Shown piece after piece: positions 63,722 through 64,000 of a DNA stretch of 64,000 nucleotides. Location: NCBI GenBank assembly GCA_964291415.2, contig OZ219917.1:192001-256000 (forward strand). The letters run 5' to 3'. How positions within the stretch are numbered: position 1 is the stretch's first letter; each line of letters starts with the position of its first letter. The stretch is from Alphaproteobacteria bacterium (GTDB taxonomy: Bacteria; Pseudomonadota; Alphaproteobacteria; SP197). A model generated the notes under the pieces. It worked only from the letters and a program-made list of their open reading frames with translations. It did no database searches and was not told where the DNA came from. The translations under genes were made by a program, and so were the position numbers.

Positions 63722-64000
63722 ATGAAAATCAGGCGGATCAGCGTCCATCAGGTGGATGTTCCCATCAAGCCCGCGACCATCTCCCACGACCGGGTGATGT
63801 CGGTGTTCGACGAGACCATCGTGCGCATCGAGACCGATGCCGGCATCGACGGCTGGGGTGACAGCGTGCCGTGGGGTTCGAACTTCGTTGCCGCCTTTGC
63901 CCGCGGCGTGCGTGCCGGTCTCGACGAGCTTGGCCCGCTGCTCATCGGCCGCGACCCGAGAATGGTGACGGCGATCGGAGAACTGATGGACTCGGCGATG
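63722..64000 (+). CDS. Second mandelate racemase-family enzyme (partial, runs off window)
   Basis: MKIRRISVHQVDVP...IVRIETDAGIDGWGDSVPWG. Confidence 0.85.
   Translation, partial: MKIRRISVHQVDVPIKPATISHDRVMSVFDETIVRIETDAGIDGWGDSVPWGSNFVAAFARGVRAGLDELGPLLIGRDPRMVTAIGELMDSAM

Overview
A GC-rich chromosomal segment, probably alphaproteobacterial given the secA-ppiC-argJ and SufT-SufA/IscA-SLT synteny. The backbone is mostly quaternary-amine, amino-acid and acyl-CoA catabolism and transport. Four accessory regions interrupt it: (1) a decayed YodC/KilA-N islet (~3.1-4.45 kb); (2) an AT-richer, defence-like island (~11.1-20.85 kb); (3) a toxin-antitoxin patch (33.7-39.3 kb) in which an intact IS110 splits a DUF4258 toxin and AbiEii is truncated; (4) a tRNA-Ser(CGA) integration hotspot (46-64 kb) with a ~713-bp, ~95%-identical duplication of the caiD-like 3' end plus the tRNA. 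The best candidate for an undescribed system is an intact three-gene operon at 13365-15472. It encodes a STAS-HATPase kinase-like protein, a DUF4325-like STAS protein, and a proteasome-beta-like Ntn hydrolase (T1/D17/K32/G128-S129-G130) with a C-terminal helical tail. Frameshifts cluster in some stretches, so some pseudogene calls may be assembly errors. All family assignments come from motif recognition by eye; no database searches were run.
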